Source: Leptolyngbyaceae cyanobacterium
GTDB lineage: Bacteria; Cyanobacteriota; Cyanobacteriia; Phormidesmidales; Phormidesmidaceae
NCBI GenBank assembly: GCA_965263355.1
Contig: CBDHHL010000032.1
Span: forward strand, 416,001 to 480,000
DNA: 64,000 bases
Direction of reading: 5' to 3'
Positions 1-10,230 of this stretch are shown one piece after another. The notes beneath the pieces are model-generated. The model saw only the letters and a list, made by a program, of their open reading frames with translations, was not told the DNA's origin and ran no database searches. A program made the position numbers and the translations under genes. Each line of letters opens with the position of its first letter. The stretch's first letter is position 1.

Positions 1-1
1 C

Positions 2-706
2 GGGCCTGTGAGTATTAGTCGGGCGGGTGTTCGTTTTTCCGGTGGGTCTACCACTGTTGCCGGACGAGAGTTTTACAATACGGTTGCCAAGCCGCTTGTG
101 GAGTTACAAATAGGTGAATCATTTGTGTTTCCATTGGCCTCGCCATCGCCAATTACCTCGTTGTTTGGTTGGCGTTGGCACCCGATTCACAACGACTATC
201 GATTTCACAGTGGTACGGATTTAGGGGCCCCTCAGGGGACGCCGATTTTGGCAACTCAGTCAGGGCAGGTTTCTTTGGCTGACTATCTAGGCGGATATGG
301 TTTAACGGTTATTTTGCGGCACAATGATAATACGTTGGAAAGTCGCTATGCTCATATGTCCCATATCCTGGTAAAGCCTGGTGAGTGGGTAGAGCAGGGG
401 GATGTGATTGGTTTGGTTGGTTCGACAGGGAATTCCACTGGTCCTCACCTCCATTTTGAGTTGCACCAGCTGACTAGTCAGGGATGGGCGACTGTTAATC
501 CTAATGAAGTGTTGAGCTATGCCCTGGCAAATTTAAATAACCGGATGGCTGGCAACCCTCTGCAGGCATTGAATATTATGCCGACAGCTCAAGCCTCACC
601 GCAAGTGTCGCCACCAGCCAAAGGCACTTTATCTAAGGCCGTTAAGAGCGAAACCTTGGTTAAGGATGCGCCCCACTTCCGACCAGCTCAACCCCATGCC
701 CAGTAG
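2..706 (+). CDS. M23 family metallopeptidase, 5' end probably outside the window
   Basis: HSGTDL (HxxxD) and GPHLHFE (HxH) M23 motifs; frame is open to the window edge. Confidence 0.9.
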   Translation, partial: GPVSISRAGVRFSGGSTTVAGREFYNTVAKPLVELQIGESFVFPLASPSPITSLFGWRWHPIHNDYRFHSGTDLGAPQGTPILATQSGQVSLADYLGGYGLTVILRHNDNTLESRYAHMSHILVKPGEWVEQGDVIGLVGSTGNSTGPHLHFELHQLTSQGWATVNPNEVLSYALANLNNRMAGNPLQALNIMPTAQASPQVSPPAKGTLSKAVKSETLVKDAPHFRPAQPHAQ

Positions 707-1133
707 TAGCTCTAGGTTTACCTATCACCGCATCATTCGTTTCCATGAAACTGATGCGGCTGGTGTGGTTTACTTTGCCAATATTCTCACCCTATGTCAT
801 GAGGCCTATGAAGTGGCATTGGCGGCTACGGGTATTGATATTGGCATATTTTTTGGGGGGGCGACTTTAGCGGTACCGGTTGTTCATGCATCGGTTGATT
901 TTCGGCGACCGTTACATTGTGGTGATCAGGTTGCGATCGCACTCATTCCCCGTGCCTTAGATGACACCACCTTTGAAATTCGCTATAGCTTGAGTAATGC
1001 GGCTGAACAAACGATGGCTACAGCATTGACTCGTCATGTGTGTATCGACAGTGCTAGTCGTCAGCGTCAAGCAATGAGTCCTGAATTGGTGCAGTGGATT
1101 CAGTCAATCACTGCAAAACCTGAGGACGCTTAA
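696..1133 (+). CDS. 1,4-dihydroxy-2-naphthoyl-CoA hydrolase (4HBT thioesterase)
   Basis: RFHETDAAGVVYFAN hotdog motif; adjacent to menC/menA; ATG at 696 preferred. Confidence 0.85.
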   Translation: MPSSSSRFTYHRIIRFHETDAAGVVYFANILTLCHEAYEVALAATGIDIGIFFGGATLAVPVVHASVDFRRPLHCGDQVAIALIPRALDDTTFEIRYSLSNAAEQTMATALTRHVCIDSASRQRQAMSPELVQWIQSITAKPEDA

Positions 1134-1173
1134 ACTTTCCCTGGGAATTATTTGTCCCAGGGTTCAGGCGAAA

Positions 1174-2157
1174 TCATCCTAATCTTTGCCATAGCTGTTG
1201 CCAATCGGTTTGGCTGAGGCCGTCGTTGGTAAACCATTGTTGGGTGCCTAATCCCAAGGCTCGATGGGGGATATCCGGGTAGGTCATGGCCAGATCTATG
1301 GCCAGACGAATTAGGGCTTGACGACCAACAGCCGTTTCAAAGACCGATGAAATAACCAGGTCAATGGGGTACTTGTGATAGAAATGTCGTAATCGCTGGG
1401 GGGAGCCCATGATCGCGGCTTTGATGATGTAGACGCCATCCCAGCCTCGATGAAAATGAACTTTAAGCTGTTCCAAACTGGCGATGGATTCATCAAGGGC
1501 AATGGGGGTGTGGTAGCGATAGTTCAGCCGCATCAAGGTATCAAATTCGTGGGGGGGTAAGGGCTGCTCTAAAAATTCGATGCGTTGGCCGTTGCGATCG
1601 CACCACTCCAGCCACTGACGGGCAGCCAGTTCATTTAAGCCACCGTTGGCATCTAACCTGAGTTTTGCCCCCAAGGGTAGCTGTCCCAATAGCTGATCTA
1701 GCCAATCCATTTCTTTAGCTATCAGGTCTACGCCAATCTTGCACTTAAAAATTCGATGGCCTTTCTGCCATAAATTAGGCCAGTGGTCCAGTGATGGTTG
1801 GCCCTGGGGCAAAAGCACCCCACACTGAGCATTGGGCAAATCAATCGGTCGGAGCTTGCGTTCCAAACTAGAAAAGACAGATTCTAAGCCAAACTGACAG
1901 GCTGGCAAAGTGGGCAAGAGGGAGGGCACCGCATGGTCAGATAGCTGAGATGGCAATTGTCCACAGAAGTCTAGGGCCTGTTCAAAGGTTTCGGACCCAA
2001 ACCATGGCAATGGTGCCACCTCACCAAAACCGCTACGACCATCTTCGTCGGTCAATTTGAGAATTAATCCCTGACGCACCTTCCAGTCACCATGATGGGT
2101 ACGAAGGGGTTGTCGGAACCGCCGTTGATAAGGACGAAACTCAAACCGATAAGACAT
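1174..2157 (-). CDS. menC: o-succinylbenzoate synthase
   Basis: Enolase-superfamily motifs KCK, RLDANG, EQP, LDES; next to menA. Confidence 0.93.
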   Translation of the reverse strand: MSYRFEFRPYQRRFRQPLRTHHGDWKVRQGLILKLTDEDGRSGFGEVAPLPWFGSETFEQALDFCGQLPSQLSDHAVPSLLPTLPACQFGLESVFSSLERKLRPIDLPNAQCGVLLPQGQPSLDHWPNLWQKGHRIFKCKIGVDLIAKEMDWLDQLLGQLPLGAKLRLDANGGLNELAARQWLEWCDRNGQRIEFLEQPLPPHEFDTLMRLNYRYHTPIALDESIASLEQLKVHFHRGWDGVYIIKAAIMGSPQRLRHFYHKYPIDLVISSVFETAVGRQALIRLAIDLAMTYPDIPHRALGLGTQQWFTNDGLSQTDWQQLWQRLG

Positions 2158-2184
2158 GGCGTAAGACGCTGAGGCAAGAGGAAT

Positions 2185-3117
2185 CTAAAGTGATCTAAGG
2201 GTAATTGACAGCTGCAGCCCTAAACATACAAGTATTCCACAACAAAACTGGAAGCGGATAGCTACGAACTTAGCATTTTGTACTAACTTGGGCTGATCGT
2301 GATAAAGCTTCACATGACGACAAAGTTGAATAGCGAAGGGAGCACTGGCTAAGGCTAGGGTCAGACTAGCAGGAAATATCCCTAACAGTAGCCCTGCCAG
2401 TAAAATTACAAAAATGCTGCCACAGAGCCATGGCAGGAGGTTTGCTCCAGCCTGGGTGCCTAATCGAACAATGGGTGATCGTTTACCGGCGGCTAAATCA
2501 TCATTAACCTGATGAAAGTGAGAACAAAAAAGCACTAACGTAGTGGCCATACCGATAATGGCTGCCAATCCCCAACAGCTAAGAGAGAAGGTTTGCGCTT
2601 GAGAATAATAGGCCGCTCCCACACCTAAACTGAAGCTAATAAAACATAAAGGCTCTCCCAACCCTTGATAGCCTAATCGAAAAGGGGGGCCTTGGTAGAT
2701 ATAGCCTAGACCACAGCAGATTAAAACTAGCCCCAGAATGGTGATGTCCTGTTGAATAAGTGTGATGGCTAGGACCCCGATAATGCCTAAGAGCAAACTG
2801 AGATTGCCCAGCCAAAAGATCAAGGATTGGTTTTGGGTCAGGTTGACTAGGGAATGATATTTATTTTTATCAATGCCTGTATCGGCATCATAGACATCAT
2901 TACTGAGGTTTTCCCAGACCAAGAGCAGGACTGCTGATAGTAGAAAAATCGCCAGGATCCGCCCGTCTAATTGCCCCGTTTCTAAGTGTGCCAGTAAGCT
3001 CCCTACCAGGATAGGAATGATGGCAACGCTATACATGGGGGGCTTAATGGCGGCGAGCCAAAGAGATTTACGAGCGACAACATTGCTAGACTCTAGATCA
3101 ATCGTGGGGATAGCCAT
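2185..3117 (-). CDS. menA: 1,4-dihydroxy-2-naphthoate phytyltransferase (UbiA family)
   Basis: AAIKPPMY, NLSNDVYD and DDLAAGKRS motifs; multiple TM helices. Confidence 0.93.
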   Translation of the reverse strand: MAIPTIDLESSNVVARKSLWLAAIKPPMYSVAIIPILVGSLLAHLETGQLDGRILAIFLLSAVLLLVWENLSNDVYDADTGIDKNKYHSLVNLTQNQSLIFWLGNLSLLLGIIGVLAITLIQQDITILGLVLICCGLGYIYQGPPFRLGYQGLGEPLCFISFSLGVGAAYYSQAQTFSLSCWGLAAIIGMATTLVLFCSHFHQVNDDLAAGKRSPIVRLGTQAGANLLPWLCGSIFVILLAGLLLGIFPASLTLALASAPFAIQLCRHVKLYHDQPKLVQNAKFVAIRFQFCCGILVCLGLQLSITLRSL

Positions 3118-3264
3118 TGGGACAAAAATCTTTTGAGACTATAAATCCATAGCTAGCATAGCGGGTGAGGTGTCAGTCTTAGTTTTCTAATCTGTAAAAG
3201 CCGGTTTCCCGAAATTAAGAAAACTGGGAAGAATACGTTGAAGAGGATGACTAGCATCAGGATA

Positions 3265-3561
3265 ATGACTTCACGTGCTGTTTTGCTCGCACAAGCTCGA
3301 CAAGGCAACCCAAATGCGATCGCAGCCTTAATCAATCAATCTCTCAAACTAAAATCAGCCACTATTCAAGTGCGCCAAAAAGGAGAGTTGTATCTGTTTA
3401 TGTCGTCTTTATTCGAGGGGAGGCTTACACCCTCTTTTCAGCGATTGGTATTTTTCTCGCTGTTCTATTTTGTTATTGCCATACCTGCTACCCCCTGGAA
3501 TGAATCTATAACAATAGTCCAGGCAGAATCTTCTTATGCTGTCCGGACTATTGATTGTTAA
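3265..3561 (+). pseudogene. Short ORF or remnant with a common cyanobacterial N-terminal motif
   Basis: LLAQARQGNPNAIAALINQSL resembles the start of many longer cyanobacterial proteins; AGGA before the ATG; the rest is unrecognisable. Confidence 0.45.
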
Positions 3562-3617
3562 GCCTGTAGTGAAAGGCTGGCGAAACACTTAAAGATTCGA
3601 GAGATTGTTTTTCCCCC

Positions 3618-6089
3618 TTAAACCTGGGCTACAGTCACCCCTGTACCGCCATCCGCTTGCTCAGCGTTGTCAAAGCTACGCACCTGGGGATGTCGCTTGA
3701 GAAATTCACGGACACCGCGTTTTAGTTTGCCAGTGCCATGGCCATGGATGATCCAAATGGGGCCAGTGGAGTTAGCGATAAAGTTTTCCAGATCGGCTTC
3801 TGCTTCGGCCACACGCATACCTCTAAGGTCAATGGTGTTTTTAGAGGTGCGTACAGCTGGGGCAGCAGGTTCTTTTTTGGCAACTTTGACCGTGGTGCGG
3901 CGTTTCTCAGGTACTTTTTCGGGAGCTGGTTTAGCTGTAGTTGCTTTTTGACCGGTGAGGGATTCAATCTCACTCAAATCGACGATGGTTTTCATCAAGC
4001 CAAAGCGTACCGCAATTTTGCCATCATCATCAGGGTCACCGACGACTTCAGCAGTTTGCCCCCCCAGACCAAGTAGACGGACTTTTTCCCCTAGTTTGGG
4101 TTTATAAGCAGTAATCACTTTTTTGGCCGGATGGTCCCCTTTGGGAGGGGCTGGCTGTTGTTGCGCAATGGTTTCTACTAATTCTGTCGCTTTTTGGGCT
4201 GCTTGGGCGGTTGGATTGCCCTTTTGTAGTTGACGAATGACCGTGGCAATTTCAGCTTTTGCTGCGGTTACGGCGGCTTGAAGGGCTTTTTCTTGTTCTA
4301 GTTTTTGGTTGAGTTCCCAATCTTTAATAGCGGCGGCTTTCCGTTCAATATCAGCTTTCAGCGCTTCCGCCTGAGCAACAATGCCAGCGGCTTGTTCGGC
4401 TTGGTCTTCCTGGCGTTTGCGCTGGGCTTCAAGACCGGCAATTACCTGGTTGACATCGTCTTGTTTACTGACGCCCACATAGGTTTGGGCCGTATCGACC
4501 ACGGTTGGATTCAACCCTAATCGTCGGGCAATGGTGAGGGCGTTGGACCGGCCTGGAATGCCCCACAGCAATCGATAGGTGGGGGACAGACTTACATCAT
4601 CAAATTCCACTGAAGCATTTTCAAAGCGCTCGTCCTGATATTTGAGGGCTTTGAGTTCACCAAAGTGGGTGGTGGCGATGGTCAGTCGGGTGTGGTTGGC
4701 GAGGTGTTGCAGGAGTGCGATCGCAAGCGCACTGCCCTCTGTGGGATCCGTACCTGCACCTACCTCGTCCAAAAGAACAAGGGAATTTTGAATGTCCGGA
4801 TTGGCCGTAGGGTGGGCACCGCCCACTAATGCTGCATTGCCTGCATCAACTCCCGCCCCAATCGCAGCCAAAATCCGGCCAATGCGACGAATATGCCCTG
4901 AAAACGTAGACAAGCTTTGCTCAATCGATTGTTCATCGCCAATATCCGCCAAAACCTGCGCAAACCACGGCAATTCCACCGGTTCTCGGGCCGGAACAAA
5001 TAAACCTACCTTGGCCATCAGCGCCGCCAGCCCCAGGGTCTTAAGCGTGACCGTCTTACCCCCAGTATTCGGGCCTGTAATAGCCACTACCCGAATATCC
5101 GACCGCATCGTGACATCGATGGGAACTACGGTTGGTCCGTTTTCATGGCGTTGCTGCCAGACCAAAATAGGATGACGGAGCTGTCGCAGGACGGTACGTT
5201 CACTCGGTCCACTAAATCGGGGTGGATTAGCCTCTAGCCATAGGGAATAGCGGGCACGGGCAGTAGCCAAATCCAATGTGGTAACAATGGCCATCAGTTG
5301 CTCTAAATCGTCACTGACCTCAGCCACTTGACCGCTCAATTGTTGGCGTATCAGCTCTTCTTCTCGGGTTTCTTGACGCTCTAACTGTCGCAAACGGTTG
5401 CCAAATTCTACTGCACCCTGGGGCTCAACATACAGGGTGGCACCACTGGTGGACACATCGTGAACAATGCCTGGAATCGAATCCTTTTGTGGTGCTTTTA
5501 CTGGAATTACAAAGCGTCCAGCTCGTTGGGTAATTAAAGCTTCCTGTAAAGCCCCCGTATGACGCTGCATAATCCGCTGTAGTTTGGCATGGAGCTGGTC
5601 ATGGGTGGTTTTGAGATTTTTGCGGATGCCTGCTAGCTTTGGGTTAGCTCGGTCGGTGACCTTGCCTCGATCGTCGATGCAGTGGTGGATTTCCTTTTCT
5701 AATTCTGGGTAAGTGCGCAGCTGGGCAACCAGGGCCTGGAGTACTGGAAAATCGTCTTCCTCTTGAGCATCAATGGCCCGACGCAATTGACGAGCGCCGG
5801 CCAGGGTGGTGGCAATGTTCAGCAGCTCTTCTCCCGATAAAATCCCCTGTAGTGTTGCCCGTTCCAGGGCTTCACCGATATCTTGCACCCCTTGAAAATT
5901 AAGCGGTGCAGAGTCTTCTAGCTGATATGCTTCACGGGTCTGGGCCAGGAGTTCTTCGCTGTCACTTTGCTGCTCAGGAATTCGTCCATGGCGAGCGGCA
6001 AGGGCACCTAGCTTTGTGGCAGCAAATGTGGCCCACTGCTGACATAACCGTGGCCATTCTAGGAGGTCTAGGGTTTCGGATTGGATCAA
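3618..6089 (-). CDS. mutS2: Endonuclease MutS2
   Basis: GPNTGGKT Walker A, LLDEVGAGTDP, C-terminal Smr domain IIHGHGTG. Confidence 0.96.
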   Translation of the reverse strand: MIQSETLDLLEWPRLCQQWATFAATKLGALAARHGRIPEQQSDSEELLAQTREAYQLEDSAPLNFQGVQDIGEALERATLQGILSGEELLNIATTLAGARQLRRAIDAQEEDDFPVLQALVAQLRTYPELEKEIHHCIDDRGKVTDRANPKLAGIRKNLKTTHDQLHAKLQRIMQRHTGALQEALITQRAGRFVIPVKAPQKDSIPGIVHDVSTSGATLYVEPQGAVEFGNRLRQLERQETREEELIRQQLSGQVAEVSDDLEQLMAIVTTLDLATARARYSLWLEANPPRFSGPSERTVLRQLRHPILVWQQRHENGPTVVPIDVTMRSDIRVVAITGPNTGGKTVTLKTLGLAALMAKVGLFVPAREPVELPWFAQVLADIGDEQSIEQSLSTFSGHIRRIGRILAAIGAGVDAGNAALVGGAHPTANPDIQNSLVLLDEVGAGTDPTEGSALAIALLQHLANHTRLTIATTHFGELKALKYQDERFENASVEFDDVSLSPTYRLLWGIPGRSNALTIARRLGLNPTVVDTAQTYVGVSKQDDVNQVIAGLEAQRKRQEDQAEQAAGIVAQAEALKADIERKAAAIKDWELNQKLEQEKALQAAVTAAKAEIATVIRQLQKGNPTAQAAQKATELVETIAQQQPAPPKGDHPAKKVITAYKPKLGEKVRLLGLGGQTAEVVGDPDDDGKIAVRFGLMKTIVDLSEIESLTGQKATTAKPAPEKVPEKRRTTVKVAKKEPAAPAVRTSKNTIDLRGMRVAEAEADLENFIANSTGPIWIIHGHGTGKLKRGVREFLKRHPQVRSFDNAEQADGGTGVTVAQV
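4807..4826 (+). repeat. GTAG-type REP-like palindrome inside mutS2
   Basis: GTAGGGTGGGCACCGCCCAC: GTAG followed by a GTGGGC/GCCCAC stem. Confidence 0.55.
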
Positions 6090-6172
6090 GGTGGAGGAGC
6101 GAGATGGGAGGACGTTTAGTAGTCTTTAGGATGTAATTGCTTTTTTAACTATATCGCCTCTATCTTGGGAAG

Positions 6173-7405
6173 ATGCTGCCGTCTGATTTACTGATCCATC
6201 GCCCTCGGGGTGACTCTATTGATGCCAAACAGCTGCCGCTGAATGAGGTGTGGATTGCGATCGCAACCAATCTAATTGCTTTATTTCAGGCTACGGTAGG
6301 CGATACCCAAGGCAACCTCAACCAAAAACTCCAAGAACTTGAAGGAGAAGACACGGACTACCGAATCAAACGAGGGTTAGCCCATATCCTACGCAGTAGC
6401 TTTAGTACGTTTGAGATTGTCAGTCCCTTAGACCCCCAGGATTTGCGTCAACGGGTCTTTACTTTGGCTGCCACCAATGCGCCATCACCGTTAGCGGCCC
6501 AACGGCACCTAGAAACATTAGCCAGCCAGCTTACCCAAGCCCTTGAGCGGGACGTTGAACCCGTTCATATTCAGCAAGGCCTTTATGCCGATCTTAAAGA
6601 AAACCGTATCCTTACGCAGTTTGATGCGCCAACACCGGAGGCCCTACTCCACCGCTATAACCTATCCCAGATCCAAGGTATTTTTTATCGAGCCAGCCAT
6701 GTGGTATTAAATCTGCACCGTAACGATCCTGGCGAGTATAAGCTAATGTTCCGTTACCTAAAACTGTTTCGGCTGATGGTCTACATCGAAGGGGAAGCCG
6801 ATCAAGGATTTACGATCACCATTGATGGGCCTGCCAGCTTATTTAAAGCGAGTACCCGTTATGGCCTCGATATTGCCAAACTAGTGCCAGCCATTTTGCA
6901 TGTTACTCGATGGCACCTCAGTGCCACGTTGCAATGGAAGGACAGCTATACTAAGACCTTATCTGAAAAACGCTATACCCTAGACTCAGACTGTACCCTT
7001 GTCAGCCACTATCCCCCTGGCAAACCCTATGACAGTATGCTTGAAGCCGCCTTCGCCGAGCGCTGGACTAGCCTAGTTGAAAAAGGTAAAACCCAATGGC
7101 AGCTAGAACGGGAAGTTGATCTTATTCCCATTCCTGGCAGTGTTATGATTCCTGACTTTCGTTTAGTTCATCCCGATGGACGGGTTTATTTGCTGGAGAT
7201 AGTGGGATATTGGCGACCAGAATACCTGCGCAAGAAATTTGCCCAGGTACAAAAGGCAGTCTGTCAGAATCTGATTTTGGCTATTTCAGAGCGATTGAAT
7301 TTAGCCAAAGCAGGCATTGACGTAAAAGACGTACCCGCCAAAATTGTTTGGTTCAAAGATAAACTGCAGCCTAAGCCACTACTGAACTTATTAGCAGAGC
7401 TATGA
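6173..7405 (+). CDS. DUF790 family (Bax1-like) putative nuclease
   Basis: YNLSQIQG, GPASLF..STRYG, and the nuclease-like motif IPDF...LLEIVGYW. Confidence 0.85.
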   Translation: MLPSDLLIHRPRGDSIDAKQLPLNEVWIAIATNLIALFQATVGDTQGNLNQKLQELEGEDTDYRIKRGLAHILRSSFSTFEIVSPLDPQDLRQRVFTLAATNAPSPLAAQRHLETLASQLTQALERDVEPVHIQQGLYADLKENRILTQFDAPTPEALLHRYNLSQIQGIFYRASHVVLNLHRNDPGEYKLMFRYLKLFRLMVYIEGEADQGFTITIDGPASLFKASTRYGLDIAKLVPAILHVTRWHLSATLQWKDSYTKTLSEKRYTLDSDCTLVSHYPPGKPYDSMLEAAFAERWTSLVEKGKTQWQLEREVDLIPIPGSVMIPDFRLVHPDGRVYLLEIVGYWRPEYLRKKFAQVQKAVCQNLILAISERLNLAKAGIDVKDVPAKIVWFKDKLQPKPLLNLLAEL

Positions 7406-7652
7406 AACAATACGCAACTGAAGCAACTAACGCTTCTTGTCTTTACTCGTATACTTAGTTAGATAGTAAATACTGTAGATTTAGCTAGCGAGGTTATTGT
7501 TCTGCCTAAGGCAATCTCGGTCAGATTAACTGATCGTAGTAAGAATCATTGCTTGAAAACAACTGAATTCGTATTATCAGCTAGTTACTTTTAATCTAGC
7601 CCTCAAATATGGGCTCACTAACACTTAAGGAACTCTACCTATTCCCTGCATT

Positions 7653-8021
7653 ATGACCACGGTTTTAATTGTGGATGACAGCTCAACCCTACGGGAGATG
7701 ATCTCTGGTCTCCTTATTAAAGCAGGTATGACTGTTTTGGAAGCTGAAGATGGTGAAAAAGCCAAAGAAATGATTACATCGAAACCGCCAGATCTCGTGG
7801 TTCTCGATATTGTTATGCCCAACATGAATGGTTACGAGCTATGTCGGTGGGTCAAGAATAATGGTGCCACCAAGGATGTACCCGTCGTCATTTGTTCATC
7901 TAAAAATGAAGAATTTGACCGTTACTGGGGCATGAAGCAAGGGGCGGATGCGTATATTGCCAAACCGTTTCGTCCTGCCGAGATGGTGGAAACGGTAAAG
8001 CATCTGTTGCGAGGAAGATAG
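7653..8021 (+). CDS. Single-domain response regulator (CheY/PilH-like)
   Basis: IVDD, LDIVMP phospho-acceptor, DRYWGMKQGADAYIAKPF. Confidence 0.93.
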   Translation: MTTVLIVDDSSTLREMISGLLIKAGMTVLEAEDGEKAKEMITSKPPDLVVLDIVMPNMNGYELCRWVKNNGATKDVPVVICSSKNEEFDRYWGMKQGADAYIAKPFRPAEMVETVKHLLRGR

Positions 8022-8098
8022 CCCCTAGACCGTCTAACTATTAAAGGCGTATGATTGGGCAAATTTAAGCCCACATTACTGTCTTTGATATTTGTCCC

Positions 8099-8755
8099 AT
8101 GGCAATTCAGCTGCGGATTCACGTCCCACCCCACCCACTAATCAAACACTGGCTTGGTGTGTTAAGGGACGTTAACACACCTTCTGCTGTATTTCGGAGT
8201 GCCATGACTGAAATAGGGCGTTGGTTAACCTATGAAGCAATTCGTAATGATTGGTTACCTACCCTAGAGACTACGATTGAAACACCATTAGCTCCTTGTC
8301 CGGCCACCTTTATTAATCCTGAAATGCCGCTTATGGTAATTCCTATTTTGAGGGCAGGATTAGCCTTAATGGAAGGTGTTCAAGCTGCATTGCCGACAGC
8401 GTCAGTTTATCATCTTGGCTTTGTTCGTAATGAAGAAACTCTAGAGGCCAGCTGCTATCTCAACAAGCTACCCGATCAAATTGATCCGGCTACCCGTGTT
8501 TTGATCAGTGAGCCGATGTTGGCAACGGGCGGTACAATGATGGCCACTATGGCAGAATTAGTGAAGCGTGGTGTGGATCCGTCTCTAGTTAGGGTTGTCT
8601 CAGTGGTTACGGCTCCTCCAGCGCTGCAAAAACTTGCTGAAGCGTATCCACAGCTCGTGATTTATGCAGGCATCATTGACGAAGGTTTAGATAAAAATGG
8701 CTTTATCGTGCCAGGGCTAGGAGATGCTGGGGATCGCACATTTGGTACTAACTAA
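8099..8755 (+). CDS. upp: Uracil phosphoribosyltransferase
   Basis: PILRAG, PMLATGG and PGLGDAGDR motifs. Confidence 0.96.
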   Translation: MAIQLRIHVPPHPLIKHWLGVLRDVNTPSAVFRSAMTEIGRWLTYEAIRNDWLPTLETTIETPLAPCPATFINPEMPLMVIPILRAGLALMEGVQAALPTASVYHLGFVRNEETLEASCYLNKLPDQIDPATRVLISEPMLATGGTMMATMAELVKRGVDPSLVRVVSVVTAPPALQKLAEAYPQLVIYAGIIDEGLDKNGFIVPGLGDAGDRTFGTN

Positions 8756-8767
8756 TCACGTCAGATC

Positions 8768-9091
8768 ATGAGTCAGTCGAGCAACTTTGCAAGTGGATTT
8801 TTTTTAGGGGCCCTGTTGGGTGGTTTTTTGGGTGGTGTGGCTGGGGTCCTGGCTGCTAATCGAATTAAACCTACAGAATCTGAAGAAACGGTTAGTTTTA
8901 ACCAGCTTTCGGAAGATATTAGACAGAACCTGGCCGATATGGGCAATGATGAGCGTGTGGAAGCTGCCCGTCGTGGCCTCGAAGACAAGATTTCTGAGCT
9001 TAATGCCGCTATAGAGGAGGTACGTCAGCAGCTTGGCAGTACCAATGGTCATATGACTGATGATTATGAACCTTCAACTATCGATTCTTGA
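8768..9091 (+). CDS. Conserved hypothetical protein with Gly-rich TM anchor and coiled coil
   Basis: GFFLGALLGG..G and ARRGLEDKISELN; lies between upp and yggT. Confidence 0.8.
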   Translation: MSQSSNFASGFFLGALLGGFLGGVAGVLAANRIKPTESEETVSFNQLSEDIRQNLADMGNDERVEAARRGLEDKISELNAAIEEVRQQLGSTNGHMTDDYEPSTIDS

Positions 9092-9223
9092 TCAGTCAAG
9101 ACTTTGTAAAAAGTTCAGTATTTTGAGGTGATTTAACCCTTAAACTTGTTCAGATGGAAGGCTGTTACACTAGATGCTAACGATCTCCAAGCATTCTCTA
9201 GTTCATTGTAACGATATACACCT

Positions 9224-9520
9224 ATGGTTATAGTTCTTCAAGCACTTGCCAGCTTTATCAGTATCTATCTTGTGTTGCTGATCATCCGAGTATTGCTTAG
9301 TTGGTTTCCCAATGTAGATTGGAGCAATCCAGCTTTTTCTGCCCTAAGTCAAATTACGGATCCGTACCTAAATCTTTTCCGTTCTATTATTCCACCTGTG
9401 GGCGGGATTGATTTCTCGGCGATTCTAGCGTTTATTGTGTTGAATTTTGTTCAATACGCTCTTAGCAGTGCTGTAGCAACCTTAGCTAGCAGCAGTTACA
9501 TGGTTTATTCAGCTTTTTAA
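9224..9520 (+). CDS. YggT/Ycf19 family membrane protein
   Basis: RVLLSWFP..TDPYL..FR..IPP..GIDFS. Confidence 0.92.
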   Translation: MVIVLQALASFISIYLVLLIIRVLLSWFPNVDWSNPAFSALSQITDPYLNLFRSIIPPVGGIDFSAILAFIVLNFVQYALSSAVATLASSSYMVYSAF

Positions 9521-9574
9521 TTCTGCGTCTGTAAGCTTTTTAGGTGTTTTAAAATTTCATTCACTATTGATTAT

Positions 9575-9618
9575 TTATTAAAGGGAGGTAGCTGATAATA
9601 ACTACCTCCCTTTAATAA
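9575..9618. terminator. Bidirectional intrinsic terminator
   Basis: Perfect 17-bp inverted repeat TTATTAAAGGGAGGTAG / CTACCTCCCTTTAATAA between convergent genes. Confidence 0.85.
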
Positions 9619-9648
9619 TGCTGGTATCTAGCAAATAAGGGGATATCC

Positions 9649-10083
9649 TTAATAAATACGTCCCTGACGTCGTACCTTGCCTACGAATCCAGATGCCTTA
9701 AAGTTCTTTAGCTTTAATGGGGGGGGTTGGTTGGCGGCTACTGACACTCGAATTTCGAAATCGCTTTCACCTGGGGGAACATAGTCTACGCCACCCAGTC
9801 TGCCTCGATTCTGCATGACTGGGTTGTTGTTCTTGTCGTAAATACGGCCAAAAATATCGGCATTGAGAATGGGTTTGCCAGAGTTATTGGTCAATGTGCC
9901 GGTCACCAAATAACAGGTGGCTTTGCCAAGACTGCCTGATTCAACAATGCCTTCAGCATATTCGGCAGGGCATTCGTCGTAGGCTAGGTTGGATACTCCT
10001 AAGGCGGTCATCGCATGGGCTGGAGCTGCTATGAGTCCAAAACACATGACGAGCAAGGCGACAATGGTTGCACGAAAAGCCAT
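9649..10083 (-). CDS. Conserved exported hypothetical protein
   Basis: Signal peptide ending AHA; NADIFGRIYD..NPV..NRGRLG; two Cys. Confidence 0.75.
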   Translation of the reverse strand: MAFRATIVALLVMCFGLIAAPAHAMTALGVSNLAYDECPAEYAEGIVESGSLGKATCYLVTGTLTNNSGKPILNADIFGRIYDKNNNPVMQNRGRLGGVDYVPPGESDFEIRVSVAANQPPPLKLKNFKASGFVGKVRRQGRIY

Positions 10084-10230
10084 AGCAAAATCAGGGTAAG
10101 GGGTAGGGTAGATTTAAATTTACTAAAATTGCGATCGCAAACTAGATTGTTTAACCGCAATCAGTGCTGCTAATGGCTATGTTAAAGGTCTATGGGGCCA
10201 AAAATACACCCTGATTAAATCAGCCAATCC

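Noticed and set aside
3667..5175. Antisense and overlapping short ORFs in mutS2, and similar ones across the window
   Set aside because: Shadow ORFs of well-supported genes with no motifs
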